From: the human T2T-CHM13v2.0 reference genome, Homo sapiens
DNA length: 64,000 nucleotides
Assembly (NCBI RefSeq): GCF_009914755.1
Contig: NC_060938.1
Strand: one strand, 5' to 3'
Position numbers and translations under genes: made by a program. Shown here piece after piece: positions 41,346 through 56,421 of the stretch (positions are counted from its first letter, which is position 1; each line of letters begins with the position of its first letter). A model generated the notes under the pieces. That model was not told the DNA's origin. It did no database searches and saw only the letters and a list, made by a program, of their open reading frames with translations.

Positions 41346-44300
41346 AGAAGTACATGTTTAAATGAGAGATCATCTTGCTTCTAAATGAATGGTGATTTGA
41401 TTGCCTGTAGGCCGCCTGCTAAGGAGTAAAACTTTTTACCTTATATTCATAAAGCATGCATGTAAGACTTCTGGGTTTTCAAAAGGGTCATCTTGTATTA
41501 AAACCTTGATTATTCACCAGACCTTTAAAAAAATGGAAGGGTGAACTTGATGACGGTAAGTAATTAGATGTAATGGTCACTAAGCCTCATAGTCTTAGCT
41601 TGTAATAGTAGTGAATCATGCACTCCATGAGAGGTCACTAAGACTGGATTTACCAGCTAAACCTTACTTTTCTCAAGTTTAAAGGGAGGAGTTGTACATT
41701 GAAATCTTCATATACCATAACCTAATTGAATAGTGACATAATACCTACTTCTAAGGACTATATATTCAAAGTATTATGAAATGTACAATGATGCATTTGA
41801 GAAAATTAATAAGTCAGAGATTAAGACTTTATCACAGTATCTGCTCTGAGGTGAGACTCTGTAGGATATGCATGGAGAGAGAAAGTGGAAAAGATGGTTA
41901 GTGTAAAGGTAAGTGCTAAACCTGGTGTATGGGTGGACAAAAGTAAGAACAGAAAACACTGATCCTGGTTGTCGCCTCAAGTCTCCTGGTATGCTTTCTC
42001 CATTTTTGAAGATAAGTGAAGTTCAGTGGTAGGGCATTTGATTCCCACACTGAAGATCAATGTTGACTATGAGGAGGAAGAAGAAAGAAAGAAGGAAGGA
42101 AGAGATAAAACACACTTGAAACAGCAGCAAGATCGTGGAAAAATGTCTGCTTTTGGCCACCTTCATCACCTGGCTGTAGCGACCTTTTCTGTTTACACAC
42201 ATTGTTCAGAGAATAAGCATCTATAGCTTCTGAAAGTAAATGTTTTCCCTCATATATCCCCAGAATTCAAAACAACAAGTACAACTTTTAAGTTGCAAAT
42301 CACACCTTGCATACTCTATTTAAATTGTAACAAGAGAGTTTTATTTTTTCTTTTTAATTTGTGAGTTCATGTTCGCCAACTTCCTTTGTTATTAGGTGAC
42401 AAGGAAAAGCTTCATGAAAAAAATTATGGAAAAAACCCAAGTGTAACTAATTTCTTAATTTGTATTCTTACCCACTCTTACTCATAAGACAAAATAAAAT
42501 CCAGAGAGGGACAGCAATAAGAAATAGTGACAATAAGAAAATGAAGAATACTTTGAGGGATAAGCAGAAGGGGAGGGAACAAAGAGAAAAATTGCTGCAC
42601 ACCAACTTCATTGGATGTCATGTAGTCCCTTTGTAAATTGTCTGGAACAAGACAAGCACAAACAGAAAAAGCAAACCAATGAGTCAGAAATGGAATTCAA
42701 TTTCTTGATACCACAATAGTAGAGGTACGATGGCTGAAAAATAGAAACAATGGAACAAAATATAATTTATTTCCATAACTCTTGTAGGGACACACAAAGC
42801 AGTCTGGGTCAATACCTTATGTGACAAGCACATAGCTTTGTAGTCTTAGCCTGCAAAATTGTGTAACTATTATTTTTTCAAGAAATTCTCACAAACCCAC
42901 GCCTATGTACAACTTTTTACTCACTTCCTTAAAAAAATTAAGAACTTCTATCAGAGAGTCATCCCTGTGTGTAATTATTAAAGACGAAATTTTACATGAA
43001 GATGTGTATGAGTACTTGGTTGGAGGTAACAAAGCAAAAACATCTTGGGAATTTTGTCTTCTTACCTACTCACAAAGAAGCAGGGGAAAATGTTATATTC
43101 ATACATTGGGAATTATATGTGAGAAGATTATACAAGAAATCTGAGTGGAAGATTACAGAATCAGTCATTATTAGCAAGAATGATTATGTGTTTGTGACCC
43201 AGAATTTATCCTGGTTTCATTACAGCTCATAAAAGCCTAAACAGAGAGCTACAGCTTAAACAGTCATATTATAGGTTTCCCCTTCCTTTAGGGTATGGTT
43301 CACTGTGAAATAAATGAAAATACTAGAAATATTTTGGTGGGTGGTTTGTTTTAATAGAAAATTCTTTGTAAAAACGAAAGTGGGGAGTGTTGTCGGTGTA
43401 TAAGGGTAAAAAGAGAAAAAAAAATTCTTGCATGATGAAGACTTGCAAGACTGAAGTTTACATAACGTTCAAAAAGATAGTTCTCCCACTTGTCAGTGAG
43501 ATCATCCACTCTCCTATTCTGAATCTCCTTAGCTAGATCCCAGAAGTAAGTAAAATTAAAAAAAAGCCTAAGCCAGGGTATGTGGGTGTAGAAAATTTTA
43601 AAAAAAGTAAAAGACAGGGTGGGGGAGATCAGAGAGCACCCACTTTCTAAAGTCAAATTTAAATTGGTGATATTAATATCCATGATATTTATTTCAGCCC
43701 CCCTCTATTGCAGACTTAAGTGTGGCACAACAGAATTCTATTCACATACTATGAATGAATCTCATGCATTCTTGTAGTGACTCTAATCATTATATTGAAT
43801 GTGCTGAACACAATGGTATAGAATCAGAAAACAACTTATTTTTTTCCCACACTATTCTCTTAAACCTGACCCATGGACTCATTCTTCCTTAACCTGTGGA
43901 TGAAATATTTTCCTATTACTTCTTGATACTAAAATAGCTTCATGTTGCTCTCACATGCTAAATATTACCATTTTAGCAATAAAACTGTTTAGTCCAGGGA
44001 GCTACTGACTTCACAGAAGGTAATACTTTCCCGCATACCCTACTGTGGCTTGGCTTGGTACTGCTAGCCTGGGAAGTTTCTTGCTGAAGACAAGAGAAAG
44101 GTCAGGCTCTTATCTCACGCCTATCCCAATGCCTCTCTCTGCTTCCTGGCCACAGTTTCTGAATCCATTTAGGGAGTTAGTGCAGGGAAGAAATGGGACA
44201 AAGAAAGAAAAAGGAGAAGGCTTCCTTCGTTGCCTCAGGTGCCAGTGGGTTATTGGGCTGCCTTGTATGGTAGTATTTCCATACTAATGCTGTGTTTTCT

Positions 44301-44705
44301 GTTGTTGGATGCTTATGTGGGTTATATGTAAAATCTCCACAGTGACAGGAGACACAGCAATAAACTTCTCTAGCTGGTCATTTATGATGGCAATTCTTAA
44401 CATTCTATGGGGGCATACAGTAGTCAACTCTACAGAGATTTGGTGCCTCCGGACAGCAGTCCTAGCAAAATTCTCGTTAAGTTCACTGTAGATGGTTCCC
44501 AGTCCTGTGATCCATTATCATCCATGGGAAATGTAGACTTTTGTTCTTACCATCAGTAGAAATGATTTCACTCCTAATGCAGTGAGCTCTCTCATAGATG
44601 AGGACACAGCTCCAGTCAAAGCGTATTGTCTCTAAATTTCTCAGGCAGAAATAAAATATCAGGGCGTTAGGCTCCTCTAAAATTCTCTCATTTGACTGGA
44701 GGATA

Positions 44706-45830
44706 TGTGGTAAAATAAGAAATATGTATTTGATCTTGGTCCCTTGTTCCTGACAGAAGGCTCCTAAAACGCTTGTATTTTCCTGAGTGGGGTGATAAGA
44801 GTGTCTTTCAGAGTGACAAAGAGCTCCTGAATTCCTTGGAATTTTCTGGGTAATAGCAATCCCTCTTATTCTAGTGAGATGGGTCTTGGTGAGAAGGATA
44901 GCTTTTGGTTTCCAGAAAGATGAAGCTTTATTTGAGGCCTACTTTATTTATTTATTTTATTTTATTTTATTTTATTTTATTTTTTTTCAGACTGGGTGTT
45001 GCTCTGTCACCCAGGCTGGAGGGTAGTGGCAAGATCTCTGCTCACTGCAACCTCCACCTCCTGGGTTCAAGCAATTCTCATGCCTCAACTGGGATTACAA
45101 GCATGTGCTGCCATGCTCAACTAATTTTTGTATTTTTAGTAGAGACAGGGTTTTCATCATGTTGGCCAGGCTGGTCTCGAACTCCTGGCCTCAAGTGACC
45201 TGCCTGTCTTGGCCTCCCAAAGTGCTGGGATTACAGGCGTGAGATACTGTGCCCAGCCCGAAGTCTACTTTCAATCCCCCCACTCCAATCAACAACCTTT
45301 TAATACCACTCCCCACAACTTCTTGGAAGAGAAGAGGAGCTGAGATTTAGTAATGAGGTTTGGAGAACTTCCAGACAGGTGATGCTTCCATATGTTGAAA
45401 GGGTGGTGTACCCTAAGTTAGCAGGACAGAGGCTCACTTTTGGACTTCTCTTTATGAACCTCTTCAAAGCGCTCTTCATTTGTATGCTTTATAAAACAGT
45501 AATAGTAAATAAAGTGTCTTCCTGAGTTCCTTATGCTGCAAATTATCAAGCGTAAGAAAGAGATTGCAGGAAACCCCTGCATTTATTGCTAGTTGGTCAA
45601 AAGTTTCAGTGGTCCAGGACTTGCAGCTGGCATCTGAAGTGAAGGCAGTCATGTGGAACGGAGTCCTTAGCTTGCAGGATCTGATACTAACTCCAGATAG
45701 TTAGTGTCAGAATTTCATTAAATTGTAGGTTACCCAGTTGGTGTCCAGAGAGTTGGAGAACTGGTTGCTGATATGAGGAAAAATCCTACACATTTGGTGC
45801 CACAAGTATTGTGTTGGTAGAAACAGATGA
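44706..45830 (+). mobile_element. MER21-like solo LTR with inserted Alu
   Basis: Starts 'tgtggtaaaataagaaatatgtatttgatcttggtcccttgttcctgacagaaggctcctaaaac'; 3' part 'gcagctggcatctgaagtg...gatagttagtgtcagaatt...cccagttggtgtcc..agagttggagaactggttg'. Confidence 0.82.
44946..45259 (-). mobile_element. AluS/J with a ~14-nt internal deletion
   Basis: (TTTTA)n tail; 'tgcctcaactgggattaca' lacks 'gcctcccgagtag'; degenerate TSD gaggcctacttt / gaagtctacttt. Confidence 0.95.
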
Positions 45831-48800
45831 TAATAGGTGAAAAGAAAGCATTTCTCCAGTTCTTTCCAGACGAATCTTAACTCCATTAGATTCTTCAACT
45901 TTAAAATTAGATGAACAGCCAGGACTCATTAAACTAGCATTTTGTCTTTGCCTGTCCTGCAACAGTAGTCCAGCACCATTCCTAAAAATGTGAAGGCATA
46001 TGGCATTTTTTTGTTCTTTACTTTTGGAAACTCCTCAATGCTATTTGTGTCTGAAGAGTATACTTTCATTTAAACACTATTATACCAACAAAAGCATATT
46101 TCATATTTTAAATTCGAGTTGCTTATGGGTCTCAAGCAGAAATAAATGAGGACTTTGCTACAGAAGGAGCAAAGTAGACTATTAGACTCACCTCTACTAT
46201 AAATAAATTTAGAACATATTCTTAACTATTTTTTGTGCCTATTATAGTCTTTTCATAAGTAGGGACTGATGAGAATTGGCCACAGTGACTGTTTTATTTC
46301 AAAGGAGCATAACTTTTTGTTTGTAAATAAAAGTCAACTTAGAAATCATTTAATTTACCTTCTTAAATTACATAGATTTGACAGACAGTTAAACACACTT
46401 AAGAGGTTAATAACATTAAAACTATAGCTAGAGAGAGCCATATAATACTAGTATCTCATTTTGTAACTAACTAGATAGCCAAAAAATAACATGAAAGATA
46501 GAAAAAAATGGTTTCAGGTTTTCTAAATATACATAATCATGCAGAGCAAAAGCAAAGCTACCTAGGCAGACATCGACCAACTTTTTTATGCTTTGTGAAA
46601 ATATTCCAGAATCTTGGTCAGAATGTGCTTTCTTATGCAAAAACAAAAACAAAAACAAAAACTCGTCATTTAAAAAGAGTTGCTACCTAAAAATGTGAAA
46701 AAAATTTTACATAGCCTAAACAGACTCCATAAATTCAAATTGTTTCATTTTTTTTGCAGTCATCATTGACAGATAGACAACCTATATGTTCTTTTGCTAC
46801 AATTTAGTCACTACTTTTTAAAAACTGTCATAGAAGTGATACATTTATTGTGCACGATGTTTTCTATATATATATAGTGCAATGTTTCATTATAATTAAC
46901 TAACACATGCATTACCACATATATTCTTTTTTCTTAATATCTATCTTCATTTGAAGGTTTTTTTTAGTACAGATAGCTTTTTATATGGTAAATGGATTTG
47001 AGGTTTACTCCTTTCTTAAAATGGGACTTAGCATGTGGTAACAAATATTAGACCCTCAGTGCATTTAAATATTAAACTTTGTAGAGTTGTCACTTTTCTC
47101 TCTTTATTTTCTCTCAGCAAAATCCTTTGAAACACATAAAATAGTATCCCCCAAGGCAAAGCAATCAGAAGAAAGGTATATCTCACAGATCAGACTTAAA
47201 TGAGCATCATCTATTTCCAGCCTCAAATGAGTTGCAGAGGAGTTGCTAGTCAGAAATTGGGAAATAATTTCCAAGCAGTGCTATATTGACAATGACATCA
47301 TTAACATTATTAAAGATATTGAAGAGATTCTCCAAATGAAATGTAAGGATAAAATTTAAAAATCTCAATGTCAAATGATAACATCTGTTTTTCATCAACT
47401 GTCATTTTGAACTATTCTTATTGCATCTATGAGAATTTATGAAGACATTTTTGAGAACTGACTACAATGTGATGCATTAGGATCTTCAGGACAGTTACAT
47501 ATAGCCTTTATAATAACGGGGAAAAAAGTTGTATTAGTTAATATGAATAAGGACTCCTTATTTTCAAGCTGAAGGGAAGTGCAATTGTTGCAAAAAATGG
47601 TGAGTAGTTTAATTTTTTCAAGTGATTGTGATTGGAATTTATAATAAAGGTTAATGAATAGAGAACTGAAGGACTTGCTTTTCAAATAACCTGAAGGATT
47701 CAAATTAAAAATTCTTACTTAGCTGAGGCACTATTAAATTAACAGTTGTATGGGGCAGGTGCTCTCAACTTCTTCTATTCTCTAACTCTTCTGAGAGAGA
47801 TGACACATGCCAGTAACCATGGCTCACCACAAAAGGGATACTAAAATGGCAGCTACTCCCTAGAAAAGGTACCTCAGTGGATTCTTCCCTGTCTGTCTCC
47901 ACTACTACAACCCTCTGACTCCTCCTTCATAATCACTGAAATAAGGCTTACTACCTGTAGGTTTTAAAGACTTGCTAAGCACCATACACTATAACCTTAG
48001 GAAGTAGCTGGAGGTCATTCTCTCCTACTCAGGGAAGAAGATCTCTAATTTGAACCAAGTCTATCAAGGGTTCTTTAAGAATACCCAAAGAAGGAAACTG
48101 GGATAAGGGAAAAACTTTAGTGAATCTGTGGAAGGAATGAAGTGATCATAAATAGATTTGAATGGAAAAGAATGTTTTGATTTTTTTTCCTGATCACTTT
48201 GCTCATTTCCAACATATATACCTGGTATACTAAAATGGACTCTGAGAAACCTAGATTTCCCTGTCTTTGGAAGCCACACAGATAACAGGATATGATTCTG
48301 GGAAAAGAGAATGTGGAACTGACTGCTAAAGCTTCCTTCTAATCTTAACATAAACTAAAGGAATCTTTGAGGCTAATGTATATGTGACAGTCTACCAAGA
48401 TGAGAAAATAGATGCATTTAATGGGCCAAAAACCTACGTAGTAATAAAGACAGTTTTAGTCACAAGATTTCTCTGTGCATCTTTGTTAACTACATAGGGA
48501 TAACAGTGAATACATTAGGCAGCTAGCTGTTCAATATAATGAGATTTCTGTCCTGCCCAGTGGATTTTTTTATCCTCCTCTATGTAAATGAAAATGTAGT
48601 AATATATGTTACAATAAAACGTTTGCCATTTCCCCACACTGACACAAATTAAGCAAATGGAAATATATACAGGCAAAGAAGAGAATTCCTTTGAAAGACT
48701 CAGTAATGTTTAGAGGAGAATGATATGAATAGTCAGAAAGTATATCTTGTACTGGTTTGAAGGAATTGGAGATAGATAACTTCTTTGGGTACATTTTGAG

Positions 48801-49430
48801 GGATGCCATTATGGAAAGGCACTAGATTTGCTCAATATGGTGCACATTTTCAAGGGCAAAATCTTAAAGAAGACATGTTTTTAATAGCTAAAAAGAAATA
48901 TTTTGAACAGGATTCTTTAAAGATGGGAAAAGCAGCATTGAGTGGTAACAAGCAGGCTATCACACATGTATAGGCAGGTCAAAAGTTTCTCAGTGCCCTC
49001 CCCCCCCACACAAACTTACACATACTGATGCATGATGTAGGCATTCAAAACATGTTCATAAGATTCCCCACATTTTGCTGAAGGGATCCAATAAATAGAT
49101 TGGATGGCCTGTAGATTATGTAGTATTTTGCCATATTACTTGAATACAGAAGAAACTTGAATGTGAATAAAGGTAACAATGAATGAAATCAACTATATCA
49201 TGACAAAAGTAAATCCTATGAAAACTTTAAGACATTATTTTTTAGTTACTTTTAAAATTTCAACTTCTCTCTTAAATGGTGGATATATACCAGTTATGTT
49301 CTGACACATTGAGACCTTCTGGGCTAGGTGGCCACTGTACTGGATTTCATAAAAAGGACTCAACTATCAGACATATAGTTATAACAGATGACCTTTAGGA
49401 ATTCTTCCAAAACAAAGATTTTTATCATAC

Positions 49431-49865
49431 TGCAACAGAAATGACCAGTGGTCTACCAAAGATTTGTGCTCTCCTTTAAAAACAGAACTGTTGCTCCTTA
49501 GCACTAGTCTAACCAAGGATTCATTTCCCAGTCCCATTGCATTCTAGATGGGGTCATTTAACTAATTCTCCAATAGAATGTTAACAGAAGGGATATTTAT
49601 TAATACTAAGACAAAATAGCTAAGAAATTTTTATATCTTTACCATGCTCTCATTTTTTGTGCTCTGGTTAAAAGGCAAAAATTACATTGTTCTAGTGGAA
49701 GGTAGAGACATAAGACTGAAGGCATCTGAGACCATGAGTCACACTGTGGAAGGCCACCAACTTTACAGGCACATTATAGTAACTGTTATATTGCTGGGAA
49801 ATATATAGTTTTATTATATTATGTCACTAATAATTTGGGGTTAATTATAACAGTCTACCTTAAGT
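49431..49865 (+). mobile_element. Old MaLR LTR (MLT1I/J-like)
   Basis: 'catttcccagtcccattgcattctagatggggtcatttaactaattctccaatagaatg', 'gagtcacactgtggaaggccacc', 'gtcactaataatttggggtt'. Confidence 0.65.
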
Positions 49866-50199
49866 TATAAAAATTATAATAATTTCTCATTTTCTAATAA
49901 AGTTTAAAGTATTTCATATGGTCTGGCTCTGTAATAATATTATAATTTATTACATGCTCTATTAATATATACATTTATAGAAATGGAAGAAATGTCAAAA
50001 GAGTAACTTTAAGTAAAGGCTACCTTTTCAAGTATGATCAACTGATGATTAGGCCTGGGCTTTACTTTTGATTATTCCAGCTTTGTCATATTTCTTAAAT
50101 TCCTTTTCTTTCTCATATTTAAATATAAAAATTTTCCTTACAAAGGGGTGCTGTAGAGTTTCAAAGCATATTAAAGTCTTTTGTCTTTGACAAATTCAA

Positions 50200-50297
50200 A
50201 GCTCTAATTGCAGACTTGTGAAAAATAATAAATTTATGTCATTCTAAGACACTAAATCTGGGAGTGATTTGTTACTCAGTGAAAGATAACCAAAATA
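50200..50297 (+). mobile_element. MLT1 LTR 3' fragment
   Basis: 'aattgcagacttgtg..aaataataaatt...ctaagacactaaatctgggagtgatttgttac...agataaccaaaata'. Confidence 0.6.
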
Positions 50298-52023
50298 AGT
50301 ATCATAATCATCTCCCTCACATAGTAAATTCTGAGTAAATCTTGAACTGTCTAGAAGTCTGTTTTACTCATTTCTCACTCTACTTGGTAATTTCTTACCT
50401 CCTGATCAGACCACTGTCCAACTCTAATCCTCATCTATGAGCCAAATTGAAAAGTACAAGGTTTGAAATCTCATAATTTCAAGCCAAAAAAGTAAAGATC
50501 TTATGGATATTAGTTAACTAAATTTCAGAGCAGTCATTCTGATGAGTTGTTTTAATTATAGAATTATCTGAAATTCTTTGTTAAGCTCTGAATAATTGAC
50601 TAATCTATAGCCAGTTTATAAAAGGAGCTAAAGAGGTGGAAGCAGTTGGAAACGTCTGATGAGATCTGATTTTGGGTGAGCACTGACACCTATCAGGTGC
50701 AGTGAGTTCCATGAACTAGAGTTAGCTGATGAAATAGGAAGGGGTATCTTTGCTCCTGTGAGTCTTCTAATCTCATGGAATATTAAGCCATGTAGATGAA
50801 CATGTTAAAAGATGATGTAGCAGATGTTAAATGTCATGCTAAAATTATAGCATACATTACTTTGAAATCTTTGATTTGTCATATTATAGATTATGTACTC
50901 CCTCTGCTACTAGAATTGTGAAAACGGCCCCCAATAGGGAGGTTTAGCTTAATAAATGTAGCCTCTTTGTTCTTTAGGCTGCTGATCCAAGTAGCTGATT
51001 GACACTTCATCTCATCCAGGGAGGTGGGAGAGTGTCATAGGCAGCCAACTCTAATTTTTGATGTCTGACAGAGCAAATGACATTCTTGTGACAGACTTTC
51101 TCTTTCCCTCTGAACTGCATCAATGTTTATTTACGATGAAGGGGAAGTTGGGTGAAAAAAAAGCAGTATTGTTTATCATAAATAATGATGTTTTACATTC
51201 TGCCTTATAGGAAGAGGAATGACTGGGCCATGGTATATTTATAACCTCAATATTTCTTTAATACTTTAAATACATAAAACACAGGACCAAAATCATCTAC
51301 AAGCTAATTCGATAGTACTATTTAATGTCCTTAAGGTATCAATAAAAGATTATTATTCATTCTCTGTTTGTTTTGTTTTTAAAACTGTGTATATAGTTTT
51401 CACATTCTGTAAGAATAAGCTTTTACACATGTACCTGATTCTCTGAGCTTATAATAATTTCTCAGGTTTAACAGTGGTGGTGTCTTGATAAAAAGATTCT
51501 GTTTGAGATGTTAGCTTATGGGCACCTATTATAATGGCTGGAATTAAAAACCTGAAAGTGTGTTGAATGATTCCCTCAAGTAATGAATGATAAAAATTTT
51601 CTTTCAGGATGTCTGCAGACCTGGAATCCATTCTTTTGAGTGAGATAATTCCACATTCTTCCAAGCAAAGATGACTTTGAGAAAAGATTAAATATGAATA
51701 ACAAGGAGACATTCACTCCTGGAAATGGGGACTGTTGGGAAGATAGCACTCACAAATGAACACTAATAACCACAGTGGAGAAGTGGATATAACAGTGTGA
51801 TTGAAAGGCATTTATATATGTATAATCACTTCATTCAACTTTGTTAAATAGTCTAGAAAGATGAGAAAACAATATCATGCAATACCTTTAAAAAATATGA
51901 ACATTAGATGATAAAGCATGGACATTATATAGACGAGAATAATGAAGCAACTTGTAACATTTCTGTTGTACAAAATAATAAGCCAAAATGAACCTGAAGG
52001 TGTGTATGGATATATATTATCTA

Positions 52024-52330
<307 letters not shown>

Positions 52331-52533
52331 GCATAGGGGAAGAAGCATGTAAAAGAGTGGCACATTAAAGAGATCAACCTAAAAAGGCATAGTAAATATT
52401 AGATAACAAAAAATGACTTACCAAGTAATCTTGAATATAAGACAAAGAAACAGTAGTAACAGTAGTTTTGTTTGGTTTTCAATACTTATGAGTGAATGTA
52501 AATTGAAGGTTAAATATTAGAGTATGAGTGAGA

Positions 52534-53000
<467 letters not shown>

Positions 53001-53117
53001 TTAGGGGATATAATATTTTAGATTATTAAGAGATAATGGAAAAGTTGTCAAGAATTATAATGCTTATCCTAAAATAGACAATTGAGTCAGTGTGAGCAAG
53101 AAAATTGTTTACCTTTT

Positions 53118-53421
<304 letters not shown>

Positions 53422-54074
53422 AATTGTTTACCTTTTAAAAGAGTTATATAGGTGTGAAACTATAAGATAGTGGACAAATCATTAGACAAGTGGGATGTTA
53501 GAATGCCCGTTTGTGAGAGATAAATAAATGCACACAATTAAATGGAATAAACTCTTTGAAGAAAGAAATACGATGTTTGAAATTAAAGGGCTTCTTTTCT
53601 CAAAGTTGCTGATATAGGAGCAATAGAAATATAGTGACTCTGTGTGAATATGTTCTGGTTACAAGTAGCACTAGGTCTTACTGAATAAATTTACTTAAGA
53701 GAAACACTTGGAGTATACTCAAAAAAAAAAACAAACCCTCATGCTCTATGTAGACTCTGGTCAGCACCTCAGATATTCTAGATTAATCAGTATAATAAGA
53801 TCTTTAGAACCAAAGCTGACATACTACAACATCTGGCTGAACTTGGTGTTAGAGAGAATAATGAAGGAATATTCTGATAAAGCACATATGAGCCAACACA
53901 CACAGTCAAAAGGTCTGAATTAGCTAATGGAGTTAGATAATTGTACTGATGGTAAATATTTTAACATACATATTTTACTACCAACTTTGAATGAGAAAAT
54001 TTAATGTTTCTTCTTGGAATATATTCTCCCATAAAAGGAAATATTAGTCACATATTATCAAACAGCATGCATTT

Positions 54075-54149
54075 AAAAAAATAATTTCAATTCCTATTTT
54101 AGATTCAGGAATATACATGCAGATTTGTTAGACAGGTATACTGCTTGAG
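54075..54149 (-). mobile_element. Very short 5'-truncated L1PA/PB 3' end
   Basis: 'tattttagattcaggaatatacatgcagatttgttagacaggtatactgc' is the antisense L1 3' terminus; TSD agcatgcattt at 54064-54074 and 54150-54160. Confidence 0.75.
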
Positions 54150-54861
54150 AGCATGCATTTTAAAAGGCACGCTTTCTGCAAATATTTAATAAATGCAATG
54201 AGAAATACACTAGTACAAACTCATTACCCTTCGTAAATTAAAATACAATTGAGAATTAAGGCATGAAGAAATTTGAATTCAAGACGCTATGTGGTAAGCC
54301 ATTCTGAAATGGTATAAACAATAATTTAGAAAACAAAAATGTTTAGAGAGAGAGGAGATAATATACTGTCTCCAAAGAAGACATTCTGAGTTAACTTCTA
54401 ACAGTGTTCCTCAATATGACTTGTATTCTACAATGTTAACTCGACTGTTCTTTGCCTCGAATTTGGAGTTAATTATGTCATTTTCGTTTTCTTTTTCAGC
54501 TACTTTTAAAAAATTTAGTTTATTTCCTTTTTTAAAAAAATCTTAGCCTGAGTCCGTCTATGTGCTTTAAACATAATTTTAACCTTTTATTAATGATTTT
54601 CCTTCTCAGGCCACAGAGTCATTTTTTTCTGTTTTTTTTTTTGTTTGTTTATTTGTTTGTTTAACTTTTATTATTTTTCTAATGACAAGAGCACATATTT
54701 TGTAAAATCATTTACTGTTATTATTTTCACAAGTTCATTCTTCTTCCAAGTGGTTAAGAGGATAGTGCTCATTTTTATGCAATTAATTTAATTTTTTATC
54801 TTTTCCATAAGATGTCTTCCCCATATTTTTTTTTTTTTAATCTTGTCATGATATCCTGGTT

Positions 54862-55612
54862 AATGACATATTGAGCATATACCTGCTGGCCATTTGTAAG
54901 TCTTCTTTGAGAAAATGTCTATTCAGGCACTTTGGCCATTTTTAAATCAGGTTGTTTTGTTGCTACTGAGTTACACGTGTTTCTTATATATAGGATATGA
55001 ATTCTTTATCAGACATATGGTTTGTAAATATTTTCTCCTATTCAGTTGCCTTTTTCACTTTGTTGGTTGTATCCCTTGCTGAGCAGAAGCTTTTTAGTTT
55101 GATATTGTTCCACTTACATTTTTGCTTTTGTTGCCTGTGTTTTTGCCATCATATGCAAAAAATCATTGCCAAGACCAATATCAAGCAGTTTTCCCCTCAT
55201 GGTTTCCTTCTGGAAGTTTTATTGTTTCAGGTCTTATGTTTAAGTCTTCAATCCATTCTGAGTTGATTTTTGTGTATGGTGAGAGCAGAGGGTAAACTGG
55301 TGGTTACAAAGGACTGCGGTGAGGGGGAAATGGAGAGATGTTGGTGAAGGGGTACAAAGTTTCAGTTATGCTGGATGAGTAAGTTCTGAAGATCTAATGT
55401 GTAGCATTGTAACCATAGGTAACAACTCTCTGGTGTATACTTGAAATGTGCTAAGAGGATAGATCCTAAGTGTTGTCAGCACACACTGAGAGGTAACTAT
55501 GAGAGTTTATGGATCTGTTAATCAGCTAGGTTGTGGTGATTATTTCACAACATTAACACATATCAAATCATCAAGGTGCACCCTTAATATATACAATAAA
55601 CAAACAAGAAAA
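54862..55612. mobile_element. L1MA-like element with inverted 5' part (antisense 54862-55285, sense 55286-55612)
   Basis: Antisense ORF2 end ('ggccatttgtaagtcttctttgagaaaatgtctattcagg...gagttgatttttgtgtatggtgagag') joined to a sense 3' UTR ('ggggtacaaagtttcagttatg...gatctaatgtgtagc...catatcaaatcatc') and an A-rich tail. Confidence 0.8.
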
Positions 55613-56267
55613 AATTTTCTAACTGAAGAAAGGAATGTGTGAATTAATCTTTGCACTCTTGTCCTCTGGGACTGAAAGAATATACCACTTCATGGCAGGG
55701 TTGAGATGCAGTGCTTCCAGTTCAATTTCCAGCAATGGCCAGAAATTTATCTAGTATGGTTCTGTGGGATGAAGGTATATTTTCTTCTGCCCTTCAATAA
55801 TTCTTTAACTAGGGAGAGAAGTATTTATGTCCTAGTGAAATTAAGGCCGTCTATAATTCTTTGACCAGAAAAATCTCTAAATGCCTATGGCTCAGCCTAT
55901 TTCTACTGTTCTGCAGAACATTTTATGCTGGAAATACACCTCCAGAAGGAAATGTGATGCCATCAATTCCCCCTCCATTATTCTTGATGTCTTTGAATTG
56001 TTGACTTACTGATGATGGGTGAAAGGAAAACGACTCTTACTTTCTCAAGAAGGATTACCTCCGAAGGCTGGCATAGGTCCTGGAGGTTTGGGGTATAAGA
56101 CAGTGGCCTGGTTTTCTCCATAGTACAGGTCCTGCATCCCCAAGAATATAGGAGGCTGGGTTGTACTATTTTAAAGCATGAAGAATTCCTCTCATATTGT
56201 GGTTAGTGTTTAACCATTAGTTTCACTTTTTTTTTTTCAGAATTGAGAGATAGATTTTTCAATCAGT

Positions 56268-56421
56268 CGTCTTCCTTCCATCTTTTCCTTTCCCTTCCTT
56301 CCTTCCTTCCTTGCATCCCTCCCTCCGTCCCTCTCTTCCTCCCTCCCTTCTCTTTCTTCCTTCCTTCCTTCTTTCCTTCCTTCCTTCTTTCCTGTTTTAT
56401 TTCTTTTCTGCTTTCTCCTTT
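56268..56421. repeat. Polypyrimidine (CTTC/CCTC)n tract
   Basis: About 150 nt, mostly C and T. Confidence 0.9.

Noticed and set aside
47900-47925. 'ctactacaaccct' resembling mitochondrial ND1 (NUMT)
   Set aside because: Only ~13 nt match and the flanks do not continue the similarity.
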